This document shows, piece by piece, positions 39,923 to 55,124 of a stretch of 64,000 bases of DNA. The notes beneath the pieces were generated by a model. It made no database searches and was not told the origin of the DNA. It saw nothing but the letters and a program-made list of their open reading frames with translations. Each line of letters starts with the position of its first letter. The first letter of the stretch is position 1. The translations under genes and the position numbers were made by a program. The stretch is from Eledone cirrhosa (taxonomy: Eukaryota), in contig OZ024742.1 of NCBI GenBank assembly GCA_964016885.1, positions 264,988,001-265,052,000 of the forward strand, in the 5' to 3' direction.

Positions 39923-41198
39923 TTGCCTATATGTGTAAATATATAAGTGCAAACAGAAAGGAGAAAACAGAATGCTTATTGTTATGAATAAAATATCAAT
40001 TTTTATTGGAAACGGAAAACTTCATAAATTGATATTCTGGGTTTTACATTTCCAATCTTCAAATGAAAATGAAGGAATGGAACATTAGGAAGATATTTAA
40101 AGGCAATCAGACCCTTTGTGAAATAAATTAAAAAGGAATTTTACTAGCTTACTGATCCTAAAGCAATTTGTACCCCTTATATTCAGAACAGCAAGCAATA
40201 TGTAAAAGAGGAAACATCATGCACCATAAAATCACTTGGAAATGATTTCAATTTTATATTTTTGCTCATCAGATCTTCTGAATACCAATGATGTGTTTTT
40301 TAAACATAGCTAGAAATTACATAATTGGCTGCATAAATGCTGTTCAGTATTTACAATTGTCAGTTGTTTAGTAAATATATTAAAAATAACTAAGACAATT
40401 CTCATACTGAACAGTGCAGGAGGAAATGACACTCTCATTAGAGCAATCAATTTTTATGGTAGGGATAACATTAGATCCTCAGATTTGCAGGAAAGGTGCT
40501 GCCTTACAAACACACACCAAGCCATGTTACTACAAGTAACACATAAAATAGAGGGTGCTGGTGGTGATGATGATGATAATTTTTATTTTTCCTTTCATAA
40601 ATTTATAATTGTTTCTTTGAAATGTTGCTCCTAATTCTGTGGCATGAAAACAGAATTAGAATTAATATTGTCCTGTTTATTGCATGGAGACTGGGGTATA
40701 TCCTATCACAAAGAGACAATGTAACTCATAGAAACCTAGGACCCCCAAATGAGCAACTGAATTCATAATTTCTATTCCCAGGCAAAATATATTCACGTAT
40801 ATCCTGAACATTTTTTTCTAATAATAATGACAATTACTATGTAATTATTTTCCTATAAATTCCGGCCCTTTTCAATTTTCTTCTATTGACTTCCTTTCAA
40901 AAAGTAGGAAGAGTGATCTCCCCTTTACGTTATGCTTTTAGAGTTACCCCTCGTAGAACATAGCTTTTATTTGTTCCAGAACGTTTTTCCATCACTTAAG
41001 CTATTATAACCTTGATACCAACATTTTCTTACAACTAAATTATAACTTCATTCGAGTTTCCAACCTGCTTAATTGAAGATATACCATTCGCCCTTTAATT
41101 GTAGACTGGTGCCTTCGTTAAAATATTATTTCCAATATTTTCACCATCATTTGTTGGTTATACACACACATGCGTACACACACACACACACACACACA

Positions 41199-41276
<78 letters not shown>

Positions 41277-41842
41277 TATATATATATGTATATGGCACGA
41301 ACCTGGGCTGCTTTGAAATCTGGTTTCAGTTCTAAACCTTGCCAGAATAATAGAGGGAAAATAGATTGTGTTGTTGTTACATTGTCCTCTACCATACACA
41401 CAAACATAAAGACATATCATGAAGTTAACTTAGAATATAGTGGCATCACTTGAAGTGAGCTTTCAAACTTCTGCTATTGTGTTTGGGTTGTTTTGTAGCA
41501 GGTCATAAATAACGGTGAAATTTACTTACAATCTCTCAACGTCTGCTTTCTTAATTTGAATATTTGTTACACATTATTTCTATTGAGATGAAATTGTTCA
41601 TACTCATACTTTTGTATAAGACATGAATTCATATATTATGTGTAACATTTTGTGTGAGTGAATTTGTTCATGACTTCTGTACATTATTTTAAGTTTACAC
41701 TTGTTACTTGCCATATGTTGTTCTCTGATGACAATACCAGTTATTGCTCTGTTTACCTCATTTATAATAATATCATCTTCAGCCACATATTCTTTTATAC
41801 ATCACTTCAAACCTGTTTATATTCTCATATTCATGTATAATA

Positions 41843-41874
<32 letters not shown>

Positions 41875-42608
41875 GGTGGTGGTGGTGGTGGTGGTGATGA
41901 AAGAGTATCTTATGTATTGCTGTCGGTGCAGACATGGCTATATGGTTTCATGTTTGATCCCACTGTTTGACACTTTAGCAAAGTATCTTCCAGTAAAGCC
42001 TTGTGTCAACCAATGCCTTGTGAGTGAATTTTGTAGTTGTGTGTTTGCGTGTATCTGTGTATCTTCTTATCTACAACTAGCGACATGTTTTTTTTTATAT
42101 TCAGCATAAAAAATGTCCTACAGTGTAGCAGTTCAGCAAAGATGAACAATATACACCATTAGGGAATTCATTCTGCAATAGAAAACCTGCCTCAAATAAG
42201 CTTCATCAAACCTATGCCTGTATGTAAAAGTGGACCTAAAACAATGATAATGATAATAATAATGAAATATTGTGTACAGTGCTCAGGTGCACTACAACTC
42301 ATCAAAAAGTGTATGTATAGTAATGATAGTATGCTCATATTGTGTATATATATATAATGATAGTATACTCATATTCAAGAGAAAACCACTCACACTCACC
42401 ATTTAACTGATACTCCTAAATTAAAGATATTTGTTGAATTCAATGCAGCGACATTGTGAGGGTTTACATTAATATACTTGAGATTTAGATATTACTTTGC
42501 CACAGGAGAGATGCTGTTAATGTAATTGCTGGTATCTTTGTTGTTGTTGTTACATTTATCATTTATTTTTTTAAAGAGCTATTGAGATTTAATGCTGTTG
42601 GAGAAATC

Positions 42609-42725
<117 letters not shown>

Positions 42726-43335
42726 TGTGTGTGTCTGTGCATGTGGCTACTATTGCTGTTGCAGTTCTCTAAGTCATCTCAGATTGAGCAGAACTACAGT
42801 GAAAATCATTCCAGCTGTCAATTTTGGGGGGTATAATGTTTCTAGGTTTACATCCTCCAAATTGTATTCCCTTTCTTTAAGAAGGTAAGATATAAAATGT
42901 AATGTATTTGACTGTTATTCTCTGCAGTTCAAATGACCACATAGAGGTTTCTATCTGAAAGTATGCAGTGAATGTGTATGTGTGTAACGAAAGACATAGA
43001 AACTGGTGGACTGGATAAATTTAGAGTTATTTAGTTTTGTACCAGTGATATCGATTTTAAAATCCACCAAATTCAATTACAATTTTATTTTAAGATCGAC
43101 TTAAATAACTGTAACTCCTTGTTATTAATGTTATAATGATATTTCAATCTAAAAACAGCATTAAATCAATTGTTAATTTGTTAATTCCTCTTTGAAATAT
43201 GGTTATTTTGCATCATATACATATATTTATATATATATATGCAGGTATACATGGGGGGATTATATATATGCATATGCATATATATATACATATATATAAA
43301 TATATATATAATGTATATATATATGTATATATATA

Positions 43336-43450
<115 letters not shown>

Positions 43451-43473
43451 GTATATATATATATATGTATATA

Positions 43474-43540
<67 letters not shown>

Positions 43541-43549
43541 ACATATATG

Positions 43550-43614
<65 letters not shown>

Positions 43615-44939
43615 TACTTTATTGAAGTAAGAAATTTTGAATGTATAAGGAGGAAGTAATTATGTATTGATGTTGAAACTGGCCACAAAATATTACGATA
43701 TCTCCAATAGTGTTTCCTATAAAGCCTTATTCCATTTTTAACTCCTAGCCTCTCCTACCTTCCTTGACTCCATTTACATGTTTCATTTTCTCTCAAATTT
43801 ATCTGGCTCAATTTTTGTCTTTCTTTCCACCCTACTTTGATAAAACATGTACAAGTACTATACTAAACACAATTTAAGCAAAAAGAAAATATCTTTTTCT
43901 TTTTTCGTTCCTTAGAAAGAAAACAATTAATGAATGACTTGCAAAATTGTTTTAATTTTTAAAGAACTTTGTTTATTTAATTTTTAGGCAGGAAGGATAC
44001 TGCCACTATCTCATACGAGCCCTATCCAATCCAGTAAGAAAGGTGAAGAGAATATAAACAGTTTAAGATAATTTTGTCTCTTTGAACATGAGTGGTGGAT
44101 CTATCTGTCATCATGTTTCCTAGTTTATAAACAAATCACCAATCAACTACCTGGCCAACTACCTGGCTTTGTTTCATTTCTCCAACTTTTGTGTATCTAA
44201 GTAACAAAAAAATTTAATATATTTTTTTAATTTGTCAAGGAATTCATTGTAGAGACAGGTTATGGAACATTAAGAGTATCTGCAGTTAAAGGGTTAAACT
44301 ATTTGAGGTCACTGATTGTCAGTTGAATGGAAAGGTGTATTGAAAAGGTGGGTATAAGATATATGAGTATATATAATTAGGAGAGGAAACACTGCTGGAG
44401 GAGGGGCTAGCCGAAGAATGAGTACACATGACTATGTTATTATTGTTTTTTTTTTTTATGGTGGAATGCTGTTAGGTGTAGTGCTAGTGATAGTTATAGT
44501 GGGTGTGTCAGTAGTAGAGTTTGAGGATCATACAGTGATTCCATGAATACAAGGAGGGGTTTGAGTTTGGCAAGTGATAGTTAAAAGAAACCATAACCAG
44601 AGGAAGGACACTAAAACAGAGTTGGCAGGAAGTAGGGAAGCAGGGTGGGCAGGGGTAGTTCTTGTTAGATAGTTGGAAACAAACAACCAATGACACTTTC
44701 CCATACCACCATTCAAACAAACCAAAAATAAAAAAATTAATAAAGCACACATACAAATATTGAATTAAATAAATAAATTACCTATTTGAAAATAATACAA
44801 AAGTATAGAAAAAATATACAATTTAACAATCCAACAAAATAAGACAAAAAAAAAGGAAAAGAAAATTTTGTGAAATTTTCTAAACTCCAAACATTTATTT
44901 GTTGTACAATAAAAAAAAATTCCACCAACCTCCTACAGA

Positions 44940-45017
<78 letters not shown>

Positions 45018-45124
45018 TGAACAAAGAGAAAGTTTTTTCTGGCTTTGAACAGCAGACAAACCTAGAGGATTAAAAAGATGTTGTCATTGTGAGAAACTAA
45101 TGAAATTCTATTGTGCACCAATAT

Positions 45125-45200
45125 TGTAAATAAACCAGTTGAACCATGCAGCTAATGCTCTTTTGTATTCTTTTGTATATCATTTTATATATTTTTGTTT
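45125..45200 (+). terminator. Candidate distal polyadenylation site of the BMAL1 transcript
   Basis: TGTA overlapping AATAAA (45129-45134), then a U/GU-rich element about 25 nt later (ttttgtattcttttgtatatcatttt). CpG content rises shortly downstream. Confidence 0.4.
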
Positions 45201-45279
45201 TGCTTATATATTTTCTATCTTTCTCAGTCATTCTGATTATGTATCTTGCCCTCTTGTGTGATTATATATGTATGCCAAC

Positions 45280-45660
45280 AGAGTGAACCCAATCACTGAT
45301 GATACCCACCTCCCAAAAAGGAAATTTAAGACTCTGCTAGAACTACCGAATAATCAGCTTAATTAGCCACCCCAGCAAAGTACTACTAAGGGAAAGGTAG
45401 GATTCAAGCCCCAAAGAAGGACAACAGAGTGGATATTTAACATTAGACTGCGCACTGAGAAACATCTACTGTACCAATCTAGCCTCTATCATAACTTCAT
45501 CAACTTTAAAAAGGTCTTTGACTGTGTTTAGCATGAGGGTTTCTCTAAGGTCATGAATGATTACAACTTTGATATCGACTTCATTCAATTAGTTAAAGCA
45601 TTTTATGACAACTCAAACAATAGTGTTTTCCTGAATAGCAGCATAGGTGAAAACTGTAAT
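45280..45660 (+). mobile_element. Degraded RTE (BovB-like) RT fragment
   Basis: YRIISLISHPSKVLLR...GFKP.R.TTEWIFNIRL...YHNFINFKKVFDCV. Confidence 0.7.
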
Positions 45661-45959
45661 TGTTCCTGTTCTTGGCTTTTTGTGTTCAAATCCCACTGTA
45701 GTCAACTTTGCACATTTTCTTTACATAATCTTGAATTAGTGGAAATATTGGGGCATAGGACGAAATACCTTGCGGTATTTGTTCTGAGTTCAAATCCGTT
45801 GTGGTCAATTTGATTGGTAAATTTGGTCTATCACCTGTTTTTGACACCACCATTTGGATCTTCTTTATTTTAAGCCGAGTCCCTCTGTGCATCATCCACA
45901 CATGTATGCTGTATATCACATTTATCTCTTCTTGGTTTACCATTATTAACTGTGACTGA

Positions 45960-46180
45960 GAGAGGTAGATTAGTAGTATCGGTAGAGCATCGGACAACAT
46001 GCTTTGCGGAATATTGTAGACACTTTACGTTCTGAGTTCAAATCCAGCTGAGGTTAGATTTGTCTTTCATCTTAACGGGGTTGATAAAAAAAAGTACAAG
46101 TAATAAACTGGAATCGATTTTATCGACTTTCCATTTCCCTTAAAATTGCTGGCCTTGTGCCAAAAGTAAAGCTATTATTA
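45960..46180 (+). mobile_element. Meta-type SINE (another 3' half at 46643-46730)
   Basis: gtatcggtagagc...gagttcaaatcc...tttcatc...gctggccttgtgcc. Confidence 0.8.
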
Positions 46181-46887
46181 ATTGTGACTCTACATTCTTT
46201 CTCATCTTTCATACTTTCCTACTCACTACTTGATCATCGCCCCTCGTTCAACGTAAGGGCTGATTTGGGGTGTTTCTACATTCTTCTCCCTTCTCTTTCA
46301 CAAGCACGCTCTGAAACGGACGTATCTCTGCATCTGTCTCAGTATGGCGCCTTTTCAAATCCTATTGCCTTTTAAAATCCTCTATGGATTTTGTACTTAT
46401 CTTAAAAGGTTACCGTCCAATCCTGGTATCACAGCCCGTTTCACCTTGCCTGTCTCCTATTTTATCCAACATATTTATTTACAAATATTATGTTCATGCA
46501 GCTTGAAAAATGTAAAATAGCTACAGAGAGTAGACTTGAACAGATGTGGATGGATAGATGGTTAAAATATGTAATTAAGAGGAAACACCTGCATTTTTCT
46601 GCTTTTGTTTTCTTTCTTTTTTCTTGTTTACTTTTTTTTGCATGCCTTTCATCCTTACGGGGTCGATAAAACAAAGTACCAGTAATGTACTGGGTAATTG
46701 CTGGCCTTGTGTCTAAAATAGAAACAATTATTAGTCTCTTGATAACTTATCGTTAAGATTATAAATAGATTTGGGAAATTAGATGTGGCACTTTAGTCAA
46801 ACACTCATTGGATTAGTTCATTGAAATTACTCTACTATATATATTATTTATGCACAGACACACACACACACACACATACACACACGC

Positions 46888-47402
<515 letters not shown>

Positions 47403-47407
<5 letters not shown>

Positions 47408-47588
47408 AACGAGTAGGACCCCAACGCCTGAGCTCAAGCCGTTTCGACTAGTCCAGAATTAGCCGTCGAAACGGCTTGAGCTCAGCCGTCGGGGCCCTAC
47501 TCGTTCCTATTACCCACTCTACTACCCTAAGTATTGAGTACTTTGGTGCGTTATGGTCCATCTGGTTCCTTACCACATCTCCTTCGTT
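47403..47588 (+). mobile_element. Penelope pLTR fragment with a short inverted arm
   Basis: 47403-47448 is the reverse complement of 47465-47510, then a unique tail. Truncated inside a hammerhead stem II (tagccgtc-GAAA-cggc-TT). Confidence 0.75.
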
Positions 47589-47745
47589 ATATATATATAT
47601 TAAAATAACAGATTAAAGTTTAAGCAAAGAATCGCTGCTTTCACCCTTAACGGGATCTTCTGAAACTAACAAAGTCAATCTGTGAACGCGGAAGTGAATA
47701 TTTAAAAAAACGTTGCAACCGGAGGAAGACAGGAAGACGATACTT

Positions 47746-48029
47746 TGGTTCGTGGAAACGTTCTCTGGCAAAGAACGTGAAAAAACGAATATAATACGTC
47801 ATTATTTGGAGCGGTGAAAAACATTTACACGCAAAGACAAAACCACGTTTATGGTATAAAAAAAGTCGTAGACTAATATTCTATTAGGTGGTTCATAGAG
47901 ACGTTCTCGGGCAATGAACGGAAAAAACGAAGATAATACGTCATATGTGGAGCGGGGAGAACAATAGCACGCAAAGACAAAACCACGTAAATGGTATAAC
48001 TGAAGTCGTAGACTAAAATTCTAACTAGG
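47746..48029. repeat. Diverged tandem duplication with a unit of about 143 bp
   Basis: tggttc...acgttctc.ggcaa.gaacg...taatacgtcat...cacgcaaagacaaaaccacgt...aagtcgtagactaa.attct occurs twice. Confidence 0.85.
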
Positions 48030-48210
48030 AAACCGAATGATTCTCGGCTTCAGAGTTAAGAATAAAGTAAATAAAATACAGAGGTAATCGAAATTTAATA
48101 AATACATACACGCATCCATATACGTATATACACAAGCATACGCGCAAACACTCGCCATAGGTATACAAATACACGCACGTGGATTTTAGTCTTCAAATGT
48201 ATTATTATTA

Positions 48211-48252
<42 letters not shown>

Positions 48253-48320
48253 GACTTTTCTCATGGCAGGTTGAATGTGTTGGGGCCCAGAACCCAACGA
48301 AACTTGAGTACCTGTATATG

Positions 48321-48363
<43 letters not shown>

Positions 48364-48395
48364 CTGTGTGTGTGTGTGTGTATGTGTGTGTATGT

Positions 48396-48432
<37 letters not shown>

Positions 48433-48477
48433 TGTGTGTACGTGTTCATGTATATCTATATATATATATATATATAA

Positions 48478-49330
48478 TAATGAAATTATTGTGTACAGTG
48501 CTCAGGTGCACTACTATTCATCAAAGGTGCATGTATAGTACATAGAATAATATACAAATGTCAGGGAAGTGAACAGTGTATGAGTCATGATATACATGTG
48601 TGTGTGTGTATATATTAGGAATATTAGGTGTATATATGATAACGGCCATTTCTTTACAGAAGACGGCCACCTCTTCAACGAATTCCCTGCTATTATGAAT
48701 CACTGCTGACTACAGGCTGCTGACAGATTTTAATGACTTGATAGGCTTTGCTTAGGTCACATTTTCTAGAACCTTCTCATGTGGTATAGGTGAGCATTGC
48801 GTCGCCCAAAAGATTCCGAAGCATGCTGCTATTCAGATCAACAGTGCAGCGACGTTAGGATAAAATTCGAACCTTCTAGCCTGTCGAGTCGGCACACGTT
48901 GCCACTCGTCTGTGAAGAAATATCTGCACATAAAGATGGTAATGTTTGTCCTAAATATATAGCATCGCAGCAATGTCTCCAGTGACAAGTCAAGGCAAGA
49001 TAACAGGACAGTTATGGGGATCGGACGTTATTGTCATGGAATTTAACCTCTCCCGGGGGTGTAGCCGTACACACCACGATTGGCCAATTGCGGGTTGGTG
49101 AAGCTATTTAGCTCATAGTTGGGATGGATGGCCGTTGACTCTGTGCAGGTCATCCGCCCTTTGACAGCTCTCTCTTGTTTTTGTGCTGCTTGGTTTCCAC
49201 TTACCTTCCTTGCCATACCAGGATCTGGTGGTGGTGGTGGTGGTGGTGGGGGTGTTAGAGGCCGACTACCCAACCTATAAATAGGTGGTACTGGGCTATA
49301 TATGGTACGAGTAGCAGGCAGAGACCTGAC
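48478..49330 (-). mobile_element. Internally deleted non-LTR element (terminal piece repeated at 42260-42320)
   Basis: aatgaaat.attgtgtacagtgctcaggtgcactac is shared with 42260. The 5' part shares tgtcaaaggg...gtcaa.ggccatcca with the RTE 5' UTR at 56460. Confidence 0.45.
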
Positions 49331-49354
49331 CTGACAATAGTATATATATATATA

Positions 49355-49555
49355 TTAGAAAGTGAGGTTTTTTTACAAAATGAAAAATAACCGAGGTGTC
49401 CTACACGAGTGAAAGTATAAAGAGAAAAAGATGAAATCGAAAATGCAACTAGAGTCTTATTGTTAAAAAAAAAAAAAAAATTTATTTGGTTCCTTTACCG
49501 GTTCGCAGTTCTTCTGCTTTTCAAAAGTAGAGTTGAGATGGAGGGTCTGTGGTTA

Positions 49556-49644
<89 letters not shown>

Positions 49645-50202
49645 CTCAAATGCTAGTTTAGAGCTTTCCTTTGAGGCAGTGAAAATCTTTGTTCACACCC
49701 AGAATTTACCCACCAAACGTTCGGCCAATGTGACTTTCCTGTTTTGAGAAATCCCGTGATGATACAGATGAATTTACTACTATGTTAGAATGCCTCACTG
49801 TCTCCAAGACTGGACTCTGTCGGATAATATCGAACGAAACCCTGTCGATGACGAGACTTTCCAGTTCCATCATTAGAACCATCTATGACTTGCATATGCA
49901 TTGTGCAACTTGGATCTTACCGGTATCCCAGAAACCTAGCGAAGATTTTTATTGATTTCTATCGATTTTTATCTATTTAATATGGTCCAGGTTAGTCTTC
50001 GACCTGTTTGTATTTATCGTTGTTATGGTACAAATTATTGCCACCTACATTTGGTCACTTTATTTCTTGGTGCCACACTTTCTTAACTTTGTGTTTACTC
50101 AGGACAACAATGTATTAACTTTTCGCACCATGTGTGCTTTGTGACTGCCTCAAAAATTCGATTGGTATCTCCTTTATTGCGGCTACAACTTCGATTTATA
50201 CC

Positions 50203-50205
<3 letters not shown>
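49355..50205 (-). mobile_element. Degraded Penelope-like element with U3:A8 hammerhead (49493-49527) and possible GIY-YIG relic
   Basis: Minus strand: ctt-TTGAAAA-gcag-aagaa-ctgc-GAA-CCGG-TA-aag. Peptide SCSRNKGDTNRIFEAVTKH resembles C...YIGET.R.F..R..EH. Confidence 0.55.
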
Positions 50206-50298
<93 letters not shown>

Positions 50299-50301
<3 letters not shown>

Positions 50302-50790
50302 GTGAAAGAGTGAAGAATAACATGGTCAATAATACAAAAAGGCTTTTATTTACAGTATTAATAATGGTTTCATTGATTAGGGTGTCTAAAAATTGCTAAT
50401 CACTTGAAATTGTATCACTCAATTTTAAATACAATGTATGCCTAATCAAATCATCGGAAAAACGTTTTTCCAATGATTTGATTAGGCGTACATTGTATTT
50501 AAAATTGAGTGATACAACTTCAAGTGGTTAGCAATTTTTAAACACCCTAATCAATTAAACCATTATTAATACTGTAAATAAAACCCTTTTTGTACTATTG
50601 ACCATGTTATTATTCACTCTTTCACTATTATTACTCCAAGATTAACCTACATAGGAATTCCCGAGAACTCGCAACCTAACTAAGAAAATCTCTTGTTGAG
50701 TCAAACAACGCCGTGGATAGTTAAAACTATCCACAATACGGAGTATTCACAACCTCTAACTGGATTACCTATAACGATAATTTGTTATCC
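50299..50790. repeat. Zero-spacer palindrome with 165-bp arms (centre 50463/50464) plus a unique tail; Penelope-type snap-back
   Basis: Centre ggaaaaac|gtttttcc; arms 50299-50463 and 50464-50628; same family as 7093-7230. Confidence 0.9.
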
Positions 50791-50796
50791 CATATA

Positions 50797-51588
50797 TCTA
50801 ATATATATTTGTGAAATGAGCGGTGGTTGAAATTCAGATGTGCACGGTTAAATGGTAGTAGACGTGGTCGGACTGACATGAAAATTTACACACCTATGTA
50901 AAAAGTGCCAAGGAAGCAAATCTCTAACTTGAAAAATGTGGTCCCTGGTGCCCCAAAACTATCGCGTTCGGTGAGTTATTTCCCCCTGTTCTAATACTTT
51001 TGTCTTATTTGCAATTTCATACAAATTTTTAAACTCATCAACGTTCTTTCGCTGTTAACATACAGTACCAATAATTTGAAAAATATTATTGAAAGTTTAT
51101 TATAAAGAAGCAGTTTCAGGAAAAAGTGTAAACTATCATACAAACCTTCATAATATGCATTTTTAAACTTGCATATCATCGATATTGCTATTTCACTGTT
51201 AATAAATTATCATCCTTCTACATTTAACGAACATACAGTACCGTTTTATGAAATCGATTCTGCAGTACGGTCACTGTTTTCCATAAAAAAAATAAAACCC
51301 TTAAATTGCGAAGAAGGGACGCGTGTTTTTATTTTAATTCTAATACATGTTAACCACCACTAACAGTAAGTAGTATTTTTCAAATTGCATATCATCGACA
51401 TTGCTATTTCGCTGTTAATAAACAACGCTTTTCATGTCGCTCCACTTCTCATTGTACGCCGTCCAACCCCAAGTGCATATTTCTATTTTTTTCCTGAAAC
51501 TGCTTCTTTATAATAAACTTTCTATAATATTTTTCAAATTATTAACTTAATAAAAAGTGGCCTCGGGGCAACCGGGCTCAGCTGCTAG
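50797..51588 (+). mobile_element. Non-autonomous Helitron
   Basis: 5' a|TCtaatatata; 3' GC hairpin gcctcggggcaaccgggc followed by CTAG|t; AT target with no TSD. Internal inverted repeat (about 51070-51125 and 51488-51543) and direct repeat (51169-51206 and 51385-51422). Confidence 0.75.
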
Positions 51589-51887
51589 TATATATAAAGG
51601 AACGACCGACTTTCGTAAAATCGGACCGAGGAAACAATGCTTCCATTCGTCTTTCCAATTGCTAATACTATCTATCGATCGTAACTCCAGATAGAAGGAG
51701 CAACGTAAAATAAAGTATCTTGCTCAAGGACATAACGCATCGCCCGGTCGGGGAATATATATAATACAAGGACGAGTGGTTACTCCTTCATTACGTTTAT
51801 TGATTGTTTACGTGCATTTCGTTACTGATCAGCTCAAGGTTCGATCTGTATCGATCTGGCCCGACTCTGCAATCAAAAGCTCGTCGG

Positions 51888-51996
<109 letters not shown>

Positions 51997-52134
51997 AAGG
52001 TTATATCTGTTTAAATGCAGAGTGGGTAACTGAGACTGCGTCAACGTGTAGAAATATATACACATATCTAATATGTAGGTATGCAAACATGCCAGGAAAT
52101 ACGAATTTTTCCCATAATTTGAAATCAATGATAA

Positions 52135-52183
52135 ACATCTTTAATCAATATTCGGATCTTATTGGAGTCTCATCAGAAGACGT
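52135..52183 (-). ncRNA. Degenerate hammerhead motif in a Penelope pLTR relic (about 51995-52215)
   Basis: Minus strand: acgtctt-CTGATGA-gactccaataagatcc-GAAT-attgat-TA-aagatgt. Stem I is 7 bp, but the core and stem II are mutated. Confidence 0.5.
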
Positions 52184-52222
52184 GTATATCATCTAATGAA
52201 CCACAAGGTAACATGTTTATAT

Positions 52223-52260
<38 letters not shown>

Positions 52261-52304
52261 ATATATATATACACACACACACACACGCACACACACACAC
52301 ACAC

Positions 52305-52389
<85 letters not shown>

Positions 52390-52396
<7 letters not shown>

Positions 52397-52565
52397 AAGA
52401 ATGAGTGATAAGGAACCAGGTGGACAAAACAAAAAAGTGTGGTAATGCACCAGAATACTCGATTCTTAGGGTCGTAGAGTGGGTTATAGGAAAAGTGTCA
52501 GGACCCCGACGGCTGAGCTTCGGTCGTTTCGACAGCCGGAGCTCAGCCGTCGGGGTCCTGACTCT

Positions 52566-52570
<5 letters not shown>
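52390..52570 (-). mobile_element. Penelope pLTR fragment with a short inverted arm (family of 47403)
   Basis: gtcaggaccccgacggctgagct...agctcagccgtcggggtcctgac, flanked by (TA)n. Confidence 0.75.
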
Positions 52571-52600
<30 letters not shown>

Positions 52601-53212
52601 GATCCCCTTTTAGGATTATTCCGAAATAAACTTACTAATTTGCATATAATTAGAGCTCATGTTTGGAAATTAAGATATATAGTAAGAGGTGCACTAGCAG
52701 CTGAAGTGTATGATAAAGTCTATAAACATAGATAACATAATAATGTCATATTGATCTTTAATACTTAATTGTTATTTTTAATTAAACTGGACTTTCCACG
52801 GAGAATCAGAGAGATTTAAATATTTTGGTTAAGTACAAAAAACAAATTTAGACGTTTTAGTCGAATAATGAATTCATTAACGAAGCATAATCTTATTTAA
52901 TTGTATTTTGTGAATAATATCCTCGTGCATGAATTGGAATTACACCTATAATTTCCGTTCAATAGGTGATAACCCCGTGCACAGCAGCATGTACCATTAC
53001 TAAAGAGTAAGAATATTCTACATATTCACAATTTGATATTTAAATCTAATGTCAAAGAATGGTGTTCCTGAAATGCTAGCTTCGGAAATGTTAACAGTAA
53101 AAATGTTTCAGGGAGCGGGAAATGGCACCGAGGTTGAAAACTGGGATTCTACTGTATACTTCATAAGTATAATATGATACATAATAACTTTATATATATA
53201 CATATATATAAA

Positions 53213-53268
<56 letters not shown>

Positions 53269-53292
53269 CACTACACACATATATAATATATG

Positions 53293-53369
<77 letters not shown>

Positions 53370-53382
53370 ATACGCATATATA

Positions 53383-53463
<81 letters not shown>

Positions 53464-53466
53464 ATA

Positions 53467-53513
<47 letters not shown>

Positions 53514-53581
53514 TTATTATACGTTTATATACATTTATATATATATAGATAGATATAGATATATGTATACAAATATATATA

Positions 53582-53637
<56 letters not shown>

Positions 53638-53799
53638 TATGTTATATATTATACTTCACAAATATATATATGATAAATTATATATATATATATATGTTAC
53701 ACCTAAATATTATACTTCACTACCATAAATTCTACTACCTTATATTATATATCATACATTATACATCACGTCCATATTATACCTCATACCTGACAACAT

Positions 53800-54720
53800 T
53801 AACGAAAATAGTGGTGATTGATGAGACACAGAAAATTGGGTTTCAAAGAACACCTTTCAATTCCTTAACAATAATAGTGACTGTGAACTTCACATTCGAA
53901 TGTCTCCTCGACAGTGGATAAAAAAGTAAGTTTCTTGAATAAGCTAAATTATCCTTCAATAAGTTTATAACTGTATACTCTATATTATAGATATGTGTTA
54001 CAAATAGAGTTGTTGGGTGTAATAAAAACTGAGTTCACAATTCATATACTAACACGAATAATGTAAGTAGATGTGAAATGACTGAGTAAATTACATGGAA
54101 TTCGGATACTAAATTTAGGCAGTGAGTTCTAATATACTGTAGGTGTTGTTTTCGCATTCTACATTGTTACTACACCTAGTTATTGGTAGGTATGTCCTGG
54201 TATAGTATGGTCTCGATGGAGGTAAGGGTAAAAAGAAACGGAGATATGTATGAATTTGGGAGAGTTGTTAAAAATGGATGATATGAATTTTAAAGCAAAG
54301 TCGAAGGAGTTGAATAAAGGAAACAAATTGGATGATTTTTCTCGAGTAAAGAATATAGTGTCAATACAGTTGCCGCTTAAGCGACCGTACATAGGGTTTG
54401 GGCAAGATATGGGTGATCATCTGGGCCTCAAGGCGACCAAGACACCTATAGCGTAGTTGGTATCCCACGTGCTTACAATTCGTGCAACCCCAACCACAAC
54501 CACATTCACTCTTCCAATTTACCACCGACCCCTCAAGTGGATTATTCTGGGAAGAGGTTATCAACTTATGCTGGAGACCAAACCCAAATCCCTCTAAATG
54601 AATCCAGCATCTATGTAGTGGTTTTAAATTGGACAACGGATTAAGCCTATCAGCGAATGTACGCGTTCCAAAAATCAAACCTACAATCACATGACAAATT
54701 GAAGTCAAATTTCTTTCAAA
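53800..54720 (-). mobile_element. Highly degraded Penelope-type RT fragment
   Basis: IDTIFF...LFPLFNSFDFALKFISS..NNSPKFIHISV...HTYQ resembles the PLE pattern DDIF...FNS....KFT.....FLDI...T.QY. Confidence 0.45.
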
Positions 54721-55124
54721 TTAAGGATACATTAAATTATGTGGTCTATATATTAATTATAAATGTTTTAATGAGATAGTCACCAGAAAACGTTTGATGA
54801 TATGTCTGGTAGATGATCTGGGAATAAAGAACAATTTTGTTAGGATTTATGTGGTAAAAACCGATTATATTTTTCCCTAAAAAGCCACAGAGTTAATTCC
54901 CTTGCTTTTGTGTACGGTTTCCAAGGGAGGGAACTTTGACAGCTTATTTAAAAAAAGAATTCTTAATCTTACAAAGCCATAAACACATTACTAAAATTAA
55001 GAGAAATTTTATTCATGGAAATAAAAAAAAATGAAATAATACAAAATAATATAAAATAATACAATAGAAAGGTTTAAAAAGAAAGAGAAAAAAAAATAAA
55101 TAGAGAAAGTAAGTAAAACGCGGG

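Noticed and set aside
43988-44035. Possible micro-exon (tttttag|gcagg...cca|gtaaga)
   Set aside because: Splice-like motifs are expected by chance in U-rich sequence; no recognisable peptide or partner exons.
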